From Podarcis cretensis (taxonomy: Eukaryota), in NCBI GenBank assembly GCA_951804945.1, contig OX638149.1:37200001-37264000 (forward strand): 64,000 nt of DNA, read 5' to 3'. The stretch's first letter is position 1; each line of letters opens with the position of its first letter. A program made the position numbers and the translations under genes. Under the pieces are notes generated by a model. It saw nothing but the letters and a program-made list of their open reading frames with translations, was not told the DNA's origin and ran no database searches. Positions 34,010 through 47,300 of the stretch are shown here, in pieces.

Positions 34010-35549
34010 GGAAAGTTTTGACCTTATGCTCATAACCTAATTTGTTTTCCTGTGCCAAACGCCAGTTCACTGAAACTGTCACCTGCATATAATCTGTGCA
34101 TGTGCAATGGCTGCATGAAATGCACACAGCATTTAAGCGCAGCATCCATTTTCAAATCAGATGGAAACTAGTTTGAAGGAAAGCACATCAAACAGGATTA
34201 TTTCTTGAGAAGATACCTATGGAGAGTGGTTAACATTTTGTAGTCCTTGGCTTCAAACACCAGTGGTGGGAGTGCACTGGAATCAGAGTAAGCAGTAATA
34301 TACACACTGCTATCGTCTCCCGTCCAGGCACTGACCACAAACTCCTTCTTTTCTGGCGCAAGGTGGCTGCATTATGAGCCTTCAGTCCATGTACTTGACT
34401 GAGGTGCACCTGTCGGTTCAATTTAGCTGAATGTATATCTTTCTGTTTGGACCATTGGCAACCTCTGATAGCCACACTGTACACGTGCTGGTTTACTTCT
34501 TCTGGTTAAATTCTAAAATTGCACCAATCGGAACCGACATGTTCTCTCTCTTGCATGCCTATCTGTGACCAAGAACTTTAATCGCTCGCTGTGAAAGCTG
34601 TTCTCTCCCTTTGTGAAGCCAAAAGCATGTGGGGTTTCCTACACCTCCTCTTGTCAGTCTAGATGATTCATGAGGCAGAGTAGGCTGTGTGCCCTATATC
34701 AATACAATTACATAATCAGTACCTGTAAGTTAAATCACTCTTCACACCCACTAGTGAAAAATATGACAATAAAGCTATTCTCATTATGATTTTGCTCCAT
34801 TGAAAGTAATTATATATAGCTAGAAACTATAGTTTCAAGCATTATCTTCACCCCATACCTAAAACTTTTTGTTCTCCATAGGTAGTGCTGAAAAAAGAAT
34901 GAGCCCATTTCTGAAGAGGCAAAGTATATAATTTTTTCCCCCATGGCACTATAATAAGGCAGGAAAAAAGGAGGTAAGAAAGGGCTTGATTAGTTAATTG
35001 AAGGTCCTGTAAATGTCAGCAGTCGGTTCCTGAAAACTGGATCTTTTGATTTAGGGGCCACTTCCGCAATGCAAGCCATAGTTAAACATTAAGTGTGTTT
35101 GTGTGTGTATCAAACCTCTCTCCTATATATGACTTTCCCTCAAGCAAAGGGTCAGGTTCCTGTAAAGATATTCCACAAAAGATGCTTATCGTTGGGGTCT
35201 GATCTAGATGTTACACTTTACCAAGTGTTATTTTGGATAGTGTTGATTGTTTGCCTTTTACTGTCCGTTGTAGATGTTTGGCTATGTTGTGTGGTACTTT
35301 GAAAAAACAACAACAACTCAGTTCTGTGGTGGTGCTGTCACAGGGCTTCTTTTCCCATTAGGGACTTTGAAGAATTCTATCCCATGAGTCCTTGGTGGCG
35401 TTTGAGAGGCAGTTGCTGAAGAGGTTGCTGGAGGTTTTGTCCTCAGTGAATAGGGTGCCTCTGTTGCAGAATGTGGGAGTCTGAAGTTCTGCCTTTGACA
35501 CCCCCTCATTTGTTAGGAGTTTCCCCCTCAACCGTGGGTTTCATGTCAT

Positions 35550-35873
35550 TAGGACTTGCCGATCGAAAGGTCGGCGGTTTGAATCCCTGCGGCGGGGTGC
35601 GCTCCCGCTGCTCAGTCCCAGCGCCTGCCAACCTAGCAGTTCGAAAGCACCTCCGGGTGCAAGTAGATAAATAGGGACCGCTTACCAGCGGGAAGGTAAA
35701 CGGCATTTCCGTGTGCGGCTCTGGCTCGCCAGAGCAGCGATGTCACGCTGGCCACGTGACCCAGAAGTGTCTCCGGACAGCGCTGGCCCCTGGCTTCTTA
35801 AGTGAGATGGGCGCACAACCCCAGAGTCTGTCAAGACTGGCCCGTACGGGCAGGGGTACCTTTACCTTTACCT
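35550..35873 (+). mobile_element. Sauria-type SINE, 5'-truncated
   Basis: Matches 27908-28240 family from TAGGACTTGCCGATCG onward; CCTTTA tail. Confidence 0.9.
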
Positions 35874-36646
35874 TAAATTACAGTGCAGTATGGTAATTAA
35901 AATTAGGCTAGAAGGTCAATGCAATGTGTTGAATGTATCTGTACATTATGCTGGCTTTTAAAAAGTTTTAAGACAGGAACATAGGAAGCTGCCTTATACT
36001 GAATCAGATCAATGGTCCATTCAGCTCATTATTGTCTACACTGTAGAGGAGCAGTTTCTGAAGGTTTCAGATGGGGTCTCTCCCCCAGTGTTACTGAGAG
36101 CTGCTGAGGACTGAACCTAGCATCTTCTGCATATGAAGCAAATGCTCGACCACTGAACTACGTATAGTCCTTCCCTGTAATATATTTTTTAAAATGTTCT
36201 AAAAATCAGACTTAGGCAAATGATTTAGATGCTTCAATCCAGAAGAGATGCAAATATGGAAGCAGACTTTGATTACTTGCCGTATCAGGAACTGTGCGTG
36301 CACATTTGGACATGCAAGCAAGTGTGCATGTTGCCTATCAAAAGGTTTTATAGTTATCAGAAGGCTTGGGAGAACCCTACATTTTACAAGGGTAGAAACC
36401 TATTGAGGGGAAAAAGAAACAAAGCAAAAGGAGTGGAGACCAGTGACAAGAAGAGAGTATGCTCAGTGGATGCAGAATCCTGATTGGCTGTTTTGTGTGT
36501 TTATGAAATGGATTGGGGGTGGGGTGGGGCAGGGAGTAGGATAATGAAATGGAATAGTTCAAATCCTGAAAAGGGAACACTCCAGACTGCACTATTTTGT
36601 TGCCGCAATAATGGGGTAACACTAGGGAAACACTGCAGAACATATA

Positions 36647-36888
36647 CAGTGGTACCTCAGGTTACATACGCTTCAGGTTACATATGCTTCAGGTTACAGA
36701 CGCCGCTAACCCAGAAAAAGTGCTTCAGGTTAAGAACTTTGCTTCAGGATAAGAACAGAAATCGTGCTCCAGCGGCGCAGTGGCAGCAGGAAGCTCCATT
36801 AGCTAAAGTGGTGCTTCAGGTTAAGAACAGTTTCAGGTTAAGAACGAGCCTCCGGAATGAATTAAGTACTTAACCTGAGGTACCACTG
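36647..36888 (+). mobile_element. Tc1/mariner-pogo MITE, same family as 24428
   Basis: TIRs CAGTGGTACCTCAGGTTA, TA TSD. Confidence 0.92.
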
Positions 36889-37302
36889 TACAGTAATAAA
36901 GCAGAATAAATCCACCACTAATGCACTGTTATTGTGTCAAGACTTAAGAAAATGTTGCAGAATACATCCACAACAAAACGCCAGTCTGGAGGGGTTCTGA
37001 GTGACTCTGTAGGCCTTGAGTTTCTTTCCTATTATAGGCTGGGAGCAAATTGCAGGAATGCAGTTTCACTCAGGTTTACATCTGATGTTCCTAACTCCTG
37101 GCAGATAATAGGGGGGTGCTTGATTTGGCCTGATATATGGCTAGGAGACACTCAAGCTTAAGCAAATCTCCCATGCTGGAACTGCTGCTCTGCTCCTTCT
37201 GGCTGTCCCAGTTATATCCAGAGCAAAGTCAAGTCTCTGCTTGAACTGCAGATGGTAGATTTCTAGACTTCTTTAACAGGGTCCCTCTTTTATGATCTAG
37301 GA

Positions 37303-38409
37303 CAGTGGTGGCGAACCTATGGCACGTGTGCCAGAGAGGGCACTCAGAGCCCTCTCTGTGGGCATGCACACCGTTGCCCCAGCAGGGCCATAGCTTCTGT
37401 GCCAGGGTTGGGGGAGGAGGAGGAGAGGAGGGCTTACGCGCGCCATCCAAAGCCTGCGGCATCAGGGCCTGCTGAATGAGCAAGAGACTGAGCAGACATT
37501 GACTTTTGATGCACCAGGGCCTCCCACCAGTCTGTTTTTCCTACTCGAGAGTAAGCCACCTTGAGTTTAGCAGGGCTTAACTCCCAGGTCAGTAAGCATA
37601 TAAAGCCTGCAGCCTAAGAAGGGGCTGCTGGGTTTACATGTTCGTTGCACTTTCCCGCAGAAGCCTACAGAGAAATTCATTCTGTGGAGGCTGTGATCAA
37701 ATGGCAGCCGAAGAAACAGCTAACAACAACAACAACAACAACAACAACAAATTATTTATACCTTGCCCATCTGGGCTGGGTTTATTTATTTATTTATTTA
37801 TTTATTTATATTTATTTGTATGTGCGCACATGGATAATCATTATTATCTCATATAAAAAATTGGGAGAGGGTGGCTCTTAGTACAGCCCTCCAATGTACA
37901 CTAGTGCCCGAAATTGTGGAACCTTCTGGAAAAAATGTATTTCCGATGTTTGATGGCTCATAACATCACTTTGTTTTGGAGTAATACCAGTGTGTTTTTT
38001 CTGTGGGGACACAGGGGAACGCATACCCCTTAAAATTTTGTGAATTTAACGGGAGAAGAAATTCACTGCATTTATTTTTCCTGATTTGAACTGTATTTAT
38101 TTTTCCCTGGCGGTGATTTTCTTGAGTCAAAATGAGAGTACCCCCTAAATATTTTTTTTTTTAGAAAAAAAAGCACTGAGTTATACCATAAAATTATATA
38201 TCATTAGAAAGATAATTTAGTGAAGAATGTAATGCCATAAATTTTATGAAGGATTATTTATTACAACAGCAGTCAAAAAGAAGAAACATGGCACACACAG
38301 AAAAAAATGAGATATACAACTTAAATTGCCATGTTGGCACTTTGTGATAAATAAGTGGGTTTTGGGTTGCAGTTTGGGCACTCCGTCTCTAAAAGGTTCA
38401 CCATCACTG
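37303..38409. mobile_element. Non-autonomous hAT (Charlie/OC1-like) element with nested insertions
   Basis: TIRs CAGTGGTGGCGAACCT / AGGTTCACCATCACTG; perfect 8-bp TSD ATCTAGGA. Confidence 0.88.
37988..38178. mobile_element. hAT MITE nested in 37303-38409
   Basis: CAGTG.TTTTTTCT...AGAAAAAAAGCACTG; TSD AGTAATAC/AGTTATAC. Confidence 0.8.
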
Positions 38410-40984
38410 ATCTAGGATTTTTGAGATGGTCTGTACTTTTAGACTGCTTCTCCTAGACAAAGTTCACTGAACTAGTTCAAAAATCTCTGAAAGTAGTTTC
38501 CATAATTCCCAGGTGGACTAAAAGCGAATTAAATTCGTTTTAGGGTACAACTTTTATAATTCATCCTCTTGGTTCATCCCAGCCTCATAGCTTTCATTTA
38601 AAAAGAGTCACACAGATGAAAGTTAGAAAGCAAAATGTGGAGGCACCATCCTAAGGTTTATTAGGCGGATACAGAGACGCTGCTGTTGCTAAGGATGCTC
38701 ACTTAGTCACTTAATCACTGCTGAGCAATTGGAAGGAATGTGATGCATTTCCTGGGTCTTCCTTGCTGAAGAGATTTCGACCACACCATACATTTAAAGC
38801 ACATTCAGCACATATTTAAAGCACATAACGTCCCCTAAAGATTCATGGCAACTGTAGTTTCACTGAAATTCCCAGTTCCCCTAATAAACTATGAGAAACT
38901 AAAAAAGTAGCCAAGATAAGTGATAAATTGAACATATGCAAAAGAAGAGAGAGCACCCGTATCTTTTAACAGGTACAGTATGTAGAAAAAGGAATTGTTG
39001 TAGCAATTCCAGAATAGGTTGTGTAGGTTTCCAGAATACCTGGGTAGGAATTGAATTTAGGGCAGGAATAAAGAGATGGGGAAATTGAGACTAGAACTAG
39101 AACCAGGGAAAAAACTTGATTTAGATATGGCAGGCAGACTTACAGACAGTGAGGTTCTTTTACTACTTAATGGTAGAAATTAGATTGAGTCTCATTATTC
39201 TTAAATCAAAAGTTAATCTCAATGGATTTGTGCCGCCATATGCTGGATGTTCTGTTAAATAACAATTTGTTACTAGTTATGCTGCCTTGTCACTCGAATG
39301 AGAGGGGAAGGTCACATCGCTGTCCGGTTTCTTAGCTGATCCCACATCCTAGGCCTGATTTGCCCCTGTCTTGCATTGGAAACCTATAGGCCTGTCCAAT
39401 TTCACTATCTGTTTCTTTGATTTATTCTGAGGTGAACCACAGACATAAGAGCATAAAATTAAGCTCCATTTGAACTGTGCAACTGATTGATTAATTTTGC
39501 GAGGAAAAAGAAGTCAAGGGCACTAAAGAACAGGTTGTTCGGCGTGCAATGCAAGTGATATTTATGAACACATAGTAGGTGTGCATAAAGAGTATGTTTG
39601 TGTAAAGTGGTATTTTATTGAAGAATGTGATGTAGGTTGTCATGGAGATTAAAAGCTTTGAAGTGCTTTTCATTGGTGCTAGTTATGGTTGCTGGGCACA
39701 AGGATATTAGTTCTGGCACCCTGAATCTTTCATTGTTGCAAAAATAATTGCACTTTCATCTGCGCTGCAAGGGCTATTGAAGTAGGATAAATAAATGTAG
39801 ACACATGAACACATCTAAGTTTAAAGGTAAACACAGTGCCCTTGTGACACGTCTCTTGTCAAAATGATGTGGCTGCAGCTTCCACAAACCACTCAAATGC
39901 TTGTTTTCTGTTGCACGGCCGTTCAGGCCATTTACAAGATGTCATTACAAGCTGTATAGAATCGGCACTTGCTTCAAAAGGCAAAGGCGACGGAGAGGTA
40001 TCGACAGCCTCTGCGTTGCTGGTAAATATAAAGGGGCCCTTTAGAAGCAAAAAGGCAAGCTGAATGAAAAGCTTGTGTTTCTGTAAGGAGAGTCTGGTAT
40101 ACGGTATTTGTATAACAACTCCAGCCTCACTTACAGCTTTTTATATATATCTAAAAAGCAGAGCAATTTCTCCAACGATTAGGCGGACAAATTACATTGA
40201 CAAGTTTTACTTCTGTGAAAAGCTCTGGACTGTCTGTACAGGAACACTGTTGTTTTGCCGAATTGCTTTGGGTAACTTCTTAACCAATAAATCAATGGCA
40301 GGAGCTGCAACCTTAAGCGGCAGGCGGCCACAAGCACAAAACAGACATCAAACGAGTTTTCAAAACTGACTAAAAGTGATGGTGATTAACTAGAATTATA
40401 GATATTTATATTTAAACTGACACCACAGAATACTTTTGAATCTTGACAGATATGTGGAATATTTAAATGCAGTAATTGCAGTTACGGGACCTCCTGGGAT
40501 TAACCTGTTCGAAGGGTAGTGACATATTACAGGTTTGGGAAGAAAAGAATACGGAAAGGGATAGAAATGAGATTAATTCATGCATATACAAGTATGTAGT
40601 GTTATTAGTATTCTGTTCTAGTCTACCTTTGAAAACACACAATGTTTTAGAAGTTTCTCTTCGTTCTCTTGTAGCGCAGTCGTGTGAGAGTTTACTCGGA
40701 TGAAAGGCCCAGGGTGTGTACAGTGGAGCTTTTTCCTAGGTGGTTGTGGATAGCATTCTGATAAAGTAGCATAATCTGTAGACTAGCTGACAGTTAACAA
40801 AACTACCACCACATATCCTATATCTAAACTATGGTTTTGTTCTATAGTCAGAATACTTATACAGTGTATAACCAATGTGACTGTATTTCAAAGGGAAAAG
40901 GGCTTCTGTTCTTTTAAGATTTAAGATTTGGGATTTAATTTGTAAATGCTCATCGGCAACCTATCTATCTGTCATCTATCTATC

Positions 40985-41275
40985 ATGAGGTCCGGTGCCG
41001 AGGGCCTTCTGGCGGTTCCCTCATTGCGAGAAGCAAAGCTACAGGGAACCAGGCAAAGGGCCTTCTCGGTAGTGGTGCCCGCCCTGTGGAACGCCCTCCC
41101 ATCAGATGTCAAAGAGATAAACAACTACCTGACATTTAGAAGACATCTGAAGGCAGCCCTGTTCAGGGAAGTTTTTAATGTGTGACATTTTAGTGTATTT
41201 TTGGGTCTTTGTTGGAAGCCGCCCAGAGTGGCCGGGGAAACCCAGCCAGATGGGCGGGGTACAAATAAATAAATA

Positions 41276-41309
<34 letters not shown>

Positions 41310-41310
41310 G
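40985..41310 (+). mobile_element. L2-like LINE 3' end with (AAT)n tail
   Basis: Translation TRQRAFSVVVPALWNALPSDVK...FRRHLKAALF is typical of the L2 ORF2 C-terminus. Confidence 0.85.
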
Positions 41311-41316
41311 TAATTA

Positions 41317-41542
41317 CAGTGGTACCTTGGGTTAAGTACTTAATTTGTTCTGGAGGTCTGTTCTTAACCTGAAACTGTTCTTAACCTGAAGCACCACTTT
41401 AGCTAATGGGGCCTCCTGCTGCCACCACGCTGCTGGAGCATGATTTCTGTTCTTATCCTGAAGCAAAGTTCTTAACCTGAAGCACTATTTCTGGGTTAGC
41501 GGAGTCTGTAACCTGAAGCGTATGTAACCTGAAGCGTATGTA
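41317..41542 (-). mobile_element. Tc1/mariner-pogo MITE truncated by assembly gap
   Basis: Same family as 23085-23310. Confidence 0.88.
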
Positions 41543-42137
41543 NNNNNNNNNNNNNNNNNNNNNNNNNNNNNNNNNNNNNNNNNNNNNNNNNNNNNNNNNN
41601 NNNNNNNNNNNNNNNNNNNNNNNNNNNNNNNNNNNNNNNNNNNNNNNNNNNNNNNNNNNNNNNNNNNNNNNNNNNNNNNNNNNNNNNNNNNNNNNNNNNN
41701 NNNNNNNNNNNNNNNNNNNNNNNNNNNNNNNNNNNNNNNNNNNNNNNNNNNNNNNNNNNNNNNNNNNNNNNNNNNNNNNNNNNNNNNNNNNNNNNNNNNN
41801 NNNNNNNNNNNNNNNNNNNNNNNNNNNNNNNNNNNNNNNNNNNNNNNNNNNNNNNNNNNNNNNNNNNNNNNNNNNNNNNNNNNNNNNNNNNNNNNNNNNN
41901 NNNNNNNNNNNNNNNNNNNNNNNNNNNNNNNNNNNNNNNNNNNNNNNNNNNNNNNNNNNNNNNNNNNNNNNNNNNNNNNNNNNNNNNNNNNNNNNNNNNN
42001 NNNNNNNNNNNNNNNNNNNNNNNNNNNNNNNNNNNNNNNNNNNNNNNNNNNNNNNNNNNNNNNNNNNNNNNNNNNNNNNNNNNNNNNNNNNNNNNNNNNN
42101 NNNNNNNNNNNNNNNNNNNNNNNNNNNNNNNNNNNNN
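41543..42137. other. Assembly gap (N run)
   Basis: Direct reading. Confidence 1.
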
Positions 42138-43371
42138 CCTTGATCCAAATAAAAGGGATGGGGTGGGGTAGAATTATGGACTTGTATTTGGATGTCAACA
42201 ACTTAGTGTGGTCGTTGCAAAAAAACTTGCATGCACAAGTCACACAGAAGACGCTTTTCTTGAAGCACTCATAGTGCCATCACACTACACAGTGGAAATA
42301 ACATTTACATGCATTGCTGATCTGGGATGAAGTCACTTTTCCACAGCTGGATTTGTGTGCCCTTTAGGTGGCTACAGCTGCACACAGGAATTATATGAGA
42401 TCCAGGACTAATCTATACCGATCAGTTAAAATGTTATAAATGCGTTATAAACGTGTGACACCAGAGGGCACTGTAGAGCAATGTAAAATCATCAATGTAA
42501 AATTGCATTGAGAGCTACATAACTTTTTTTTAAAAGCGCTTTTACAATCAGTATAGATCTAGCCCCAGAAGCACGGCGAAATAAAATGCATGCTTGTCAT
42601 TTTTGTATTCCCTGTTGCCACTTCTGGGCAATGTGTGAAGTAGCTCTTCTGGTTGCAGGAAACCAGAATGATGAATATTACCCACTTGACCAGGGTATTT
42701 TTTTATTGCCACTTTTTGGTGATACATACAACCACAGGGAAGAAGTGGAATTGTGTTGTGTGTTAATGTGCAAAGGGCAAATTGCAAATGGACTCTGTAG
42801 CTTTCATGTCCTCTCATCACAGCATTCAGTTGTGATCATTAAAAGAATCCCTCAAATGTATTTGTTTGGTAATCAATTCTGGAATTTCTAGCTGGATATT
42901 CTAGAATATAATCAAGGCAGCTTACAAACGTTAAGACAAACTGTGTAGCAAAAATCTCTGGTGATTATGAGTTTACTAAGGGGCTGCATATCAGTGGTAG
43001 AGCACTTACTTGCCATGCAAAAAACCTTAGTCTGGAACCCCAGAAACCCATTGCCAGACAATAGTGTGTTAGTTGGCTCAATGGTCTGACTTGGAGTGAA
43101 GCAGCTTCCAATGTCCCTTTGAACTGCAGATTTCATTATGCGGTGAGAAAAAAAGAGCTTGTTATCAAACTTCCCTTAAAGTGCAATCTTATGCATGTTT
43201 CTTCAGAAGCAAACCCCTGCTTTATTCAAAGGAACTGACTCCCAATGTGTTTTTTAGGACTGCAGCTTTAAACATATTCGCTTTGCTGTCATCCTATCAG
43301 CTTGAATGGAAGTTCAATGGCTGCATTTTATGTTCTACTAACCTGCCCATGATAACAACAACATCAAATCA

Positions 43372-43407
<36 letters not shown>

Positions 43408-43599
43408 CCTGTTGTTGTTGTTAATTTATTTATACCCTACCTATATGGCAGCTCCCAACAACAACAACAACAACAACAACATAATAATAATAAAGTGATA
43501 AAGCATCAAACATTAAAAACTTCCCTAAAATGTTTTTAAATATTATTTTATGTTGTTTTTAAGCAGATTGTTTTACTGCATTGTTGTTTGCTGCCCTGG

Positions 43600-44103
43600 T
43601 GTCAAGAACTGGGCAGAGGAGGAGGAATGGTGGAGACCGCCTCCCCATCTTGACCCTTCCAGGGAGGAGGAAGAGGATGACAGTTTAGAATTACAACAGT
43701 GGTTTGCGGGAGGTCACAGCTCAGAGGCAGATGAGGGGAAAAGTTGGGAAATAATGGAAGAGGAGGAGCAGGCAGAGCCGGAGCAGCAGCAGCTGGCTGG
43801 TTGTCATTAGAAAGCATTCCAGACCCACCTTCTCCCATAACCTGGCAAGCCTTAAAAGTAGGAGAGCAAAAGGCTCAAAGACAGAGGGCACATAGTAGCA
43901 CCCGTAGAAGAGACAAGGTGAATGACGAATGAGAAAGTGGGAGAGAAGGGGGTGGAGATTCACTCGGAATGCCATTATCCAAGAGGCTGGGTTCTAGAGC
44001 TTCTCTCTGTAACGTTTGAAATAAAAAAGGATGGTAAGAATCTTTTCCTTGTCTTTATATTATCCTGGGCAACCAGCTGGGAGCCGCTGACAGCCTCCTG
44101 ACA
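43600..44103 (+). mobile_element. Solo LTR (504 bp) inserted in a LINE tail
   Basis: TGTCA...TGACA termini, imperfect 5-bp TSD CCTGG/CCTGA, AATAAA near 44020. Confidence 0.7.
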
Positions 44104-45193
44104 CCTGAGCTCTATTGGGAGGAAGGGTAGAATAGAAATTTATTAAATAATAATAAAACAACTTCTGGAGGGCTGTAGGTTTTTGATCCCTGACCAGCAC
44201 CACATTTATTGTTGTTATTAAGAATTACATCTTTCAATCAAGTGATTATTTGGGTGCAGAATTTAGAGTCTAGGCTGCTTTCATAATAAAAAATGGGAAA
44301 CAATTTATAGCTCTGCAGTGCACCAAGAATGAAGATTGTGGTAGGTATGGTGACTCACAGTATTAGAGGAATCAGAGCTGAAAAAAGCAAATAGACATAA
44401 CGTCACATTTTATTGCATTTTTAGCTTGTCACAGCCTTTGCGTTTCTACGGTAAATGTAGCTGTATTTGCATTTATTCTAATGCTCAGTGCCTCGCTTCA
44501 GAGTTGTCCAAATGATGTATGTAGGCGTTAAAAGCATTCGGGGGAAATGGAAGTGTTTGGATAAGACTTTCGGTTTTTTAGATGTGTCATAGTTCAAAGT
44601 CATTAGAGTCTCGATTCTTTCAGATTACCTATTTTCTTTTCTAAAAAATAATAATAATAAAAAAATACCGGCTGCAGATCATCGGCTTCAAGCTTCCTCG
44701 GATTCCCTTGGGAAGGAACATTGACACTGAGAGCAAACATGACGTGCTCAGCTCATATTTTAAGACAAGTTACAGCAATTGGGCTTGCATTTTGCTACTT
44801 TTTGCGTGCGCATCCTTCACTCATGTGCTGTCAGCTGCAGAGTATGAACACAATTCAAAACTGGAAGAGGGTTTTAAATTAATGCATTGCATGAAGGCAG
44901 TGAGGCACAGGTTCAAGGCAAATGATTTAGTTTAAACTGACTTAGAGCGGTACCACATAAGAAACATATGTCGGCTGCCATAAAATAAGGCCTGTATTGA
45001 GTTTCTCCTTCATCTCTGGAACGTCCAATGCCGCTTAACCTGTGTCTTGAGTCTTGACATCATTATTCTGAAAGCCTATATCAACGGTTGGCAGTGTAGC
45101 ACAGGCAGGAGGTCATCGCTCACCTGCCTTCACAGTCTTCAGTATAACTACGGCAGAACTGAATTTATGGTGGCGAGTACAATCCCCCCAAAA

Positions 45194-45551
45194 GGACATG
45201 GGTGGTGCTGTAGGTTAAACCACAAAGCCTAGGACTTGCTGATCAGAAGGTCGGCAGTTCAAATCCCCGCCACGGGGTGAGCTCCCGTTGCCCGGTCCCT
45301 GCTCTTGCCAACCTAGCAGTTCGAAAGCACATCAAAGTGCAAGTAGATAAATAGGTACTGCTCCGGCGGGAAGGTAAACGGCGTTTCCATGCGCTGCTCT
45401 GGTTCGCCAGAAGCAGCTTAGTCATGCTGGCCACATGACCTGGAAGCTGTCCGCGGACAAATGCTGGCTCCCTCGGCCAATAAAGTGAGATGAGCGCCGC
45501 AACCCCAGAGTCGGTCATGACTGGACCTAATGGTCAGGAGTCCTTTACCTT
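45194..45551 (+). mobile_element. Sauria-type SINE, second subfamily
   Basis: Similar to 28710-29055; TSD TACAATCCCCCCA. Confidence 0.9.
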
Positions 45552-46009
45552 TACAATCCCCCCACAGGGGGCTGAGCCACAGGCCACTGATCAAAATAAT
45601 AATGATGATGAGTGATGATGATGATAAACAGAAGGTGAGAGGGAGGAGGGCATGCAAGTAAGAAATATTGAGGGGGTGCCAAATTTTGTCCTTGCTCAGG
45701 GCCATATTACCAAAGTATGACCTGACTGCTAGCTCCTGTGAGATATCGGGGTGAGGTATGAAAAACTCAGTGCAGTGTGGCTGCTGAGGTGGAGCCAATC
45801 CAACACTCCTGTTATGTCTGTACCACACTGAGTTCCCGATGTTTCCGCCTCTCAAGAACTGACAGTGGAACCGGTGAAGGAAAATGCGAAGGAACTTTTA
45901 AGTTGTATTACATATTATGGACCAGTAGAGGGTATTCAACATGGGATTGCCATTTTTGGCAGTAGCCACAGTGTTTTTGAAAACCTGTATCTCTTCCCTT
46001 TGAGTGTAA

Positions 46010-46450
46010 TTTTTTTAATTCAATTTCTGTTTTACATTTTAGAATATCCACTTAAACAACCTTAAATTATCAATGACTTCCCCTCCTCTCTTTCCATGGT
46101 TCATTTTGCACAACATAAATCCCTGCATATTTTATATAAACTAAACCATTCAGTACCCCATTATTACATCCATCAAAACTTATTTACACTGTTGAATTTA
46201 TCTTAATGTGGCCCACATTTTCAAATAAACACAAAATTCCTCCATATATTCAATAAATATTTTCAAATCTTCTTTAAACATATGTTCTTCTTGTTCTCTT
46301 TTTCTATATTTTAAGAGTGCAAGCTGTGCATATTCAATCAATTTAAGTTGCCCATCTTGTTTAGTTGGGACTTAGCTCGTTTTCCATTTTTGGGCTAACA
46401 AAACACAGGACATGGTAGTGGCATACATAAATAAACATCTCTTCCCTTTG
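46010..46450 (-). mobile_element. L1-type LINE 3' fragment
   Basis: Minus-strand translation LFMYATT..CVLLAQKWK...PTK...KLIEYAQLA resembles the squamate L1 ORF2 C-terminus. Confidence 0.65.
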
Positions 46451-47070
46451 TAGCAGGCTGGGTTTACTTATATAAAACATCACAATTCAGGTGTGCATTG
46501 TTAGATTCAGATACCATATCTGCATTAAAGATAGGAACCGAAGAGTTACCGTAGATATTTCAAAATTAAGTCTAGGTGTGCAGCAATGCTGGGTTTTACT
46601 ATGAAAGAAATGAAAAATAAATTAGCTCCTCAGTGGGGTTTCCACATTGAGAATTTTGCATGGGTTTCTGACAGACAGAACTGGAGAGTGTAGGAAGACG
46701 ATCAGTTGAAATGATCAGTGTCATGAATCATCCTCTTATGGAGAAATCGGGGCTATTTCCTTTTTCTTCTTTACCCGAGGAAGGGGGAGAACAAGGGGCA
46801 TGACAGAAGCATATGATGGTGGGATGGATACAGGGAAAGTGGATCGAGATAAGGACTAAATCTCCCCAGACATCAACAGGATCATTCAGTGAAGCTGGGA
46901 AGCAGCAAATCTGGGACAATGAAAAGGATGCATCAACATACTGGATGGAACATATCATAGAAAGTTGTGATAGTCTTTTTTTTAAAAAAGGGGGTGGGGT
47001 GGGCGGGGCTTGAAAAAGAAATGCACAAGATAAAATGCCTTTTGTCTTCCCTACCTTTGCAATGAAAATA

Positions 47071-47300
47071 CAGTGGTACCTCGGGTTAAGGACTTAATTT
47101 GTTCTGGAGGTCCGTTCTTAACCTGAAACTGTTCTTAACCTGAGGTACCACTTTAGCTAATGGGGCCTCCCGCTGCCGCCACGTGATTTCTGTTCTCATA
47201 CTGAAGCATACTGAAGTTCTTAACTGGAGGTACTATTTCTGGGTTAGCGGAGTCTGTAACCTGAAGCGTCCTGAAGCGTCTGTAACTTGAGGTACCACTG
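47071..47300 (-). mobile_element. Tc1/mariner-pogo MITE, same family
   Basis: TIRs and TA TSD. Confidence 0.9.

Noticed and set aside
41453-42243. Long ORFs of 200-250 aa (also 53107-53515 and 54851-55566)
   Set aside because: Artefacts of N-filled assembly gaps.
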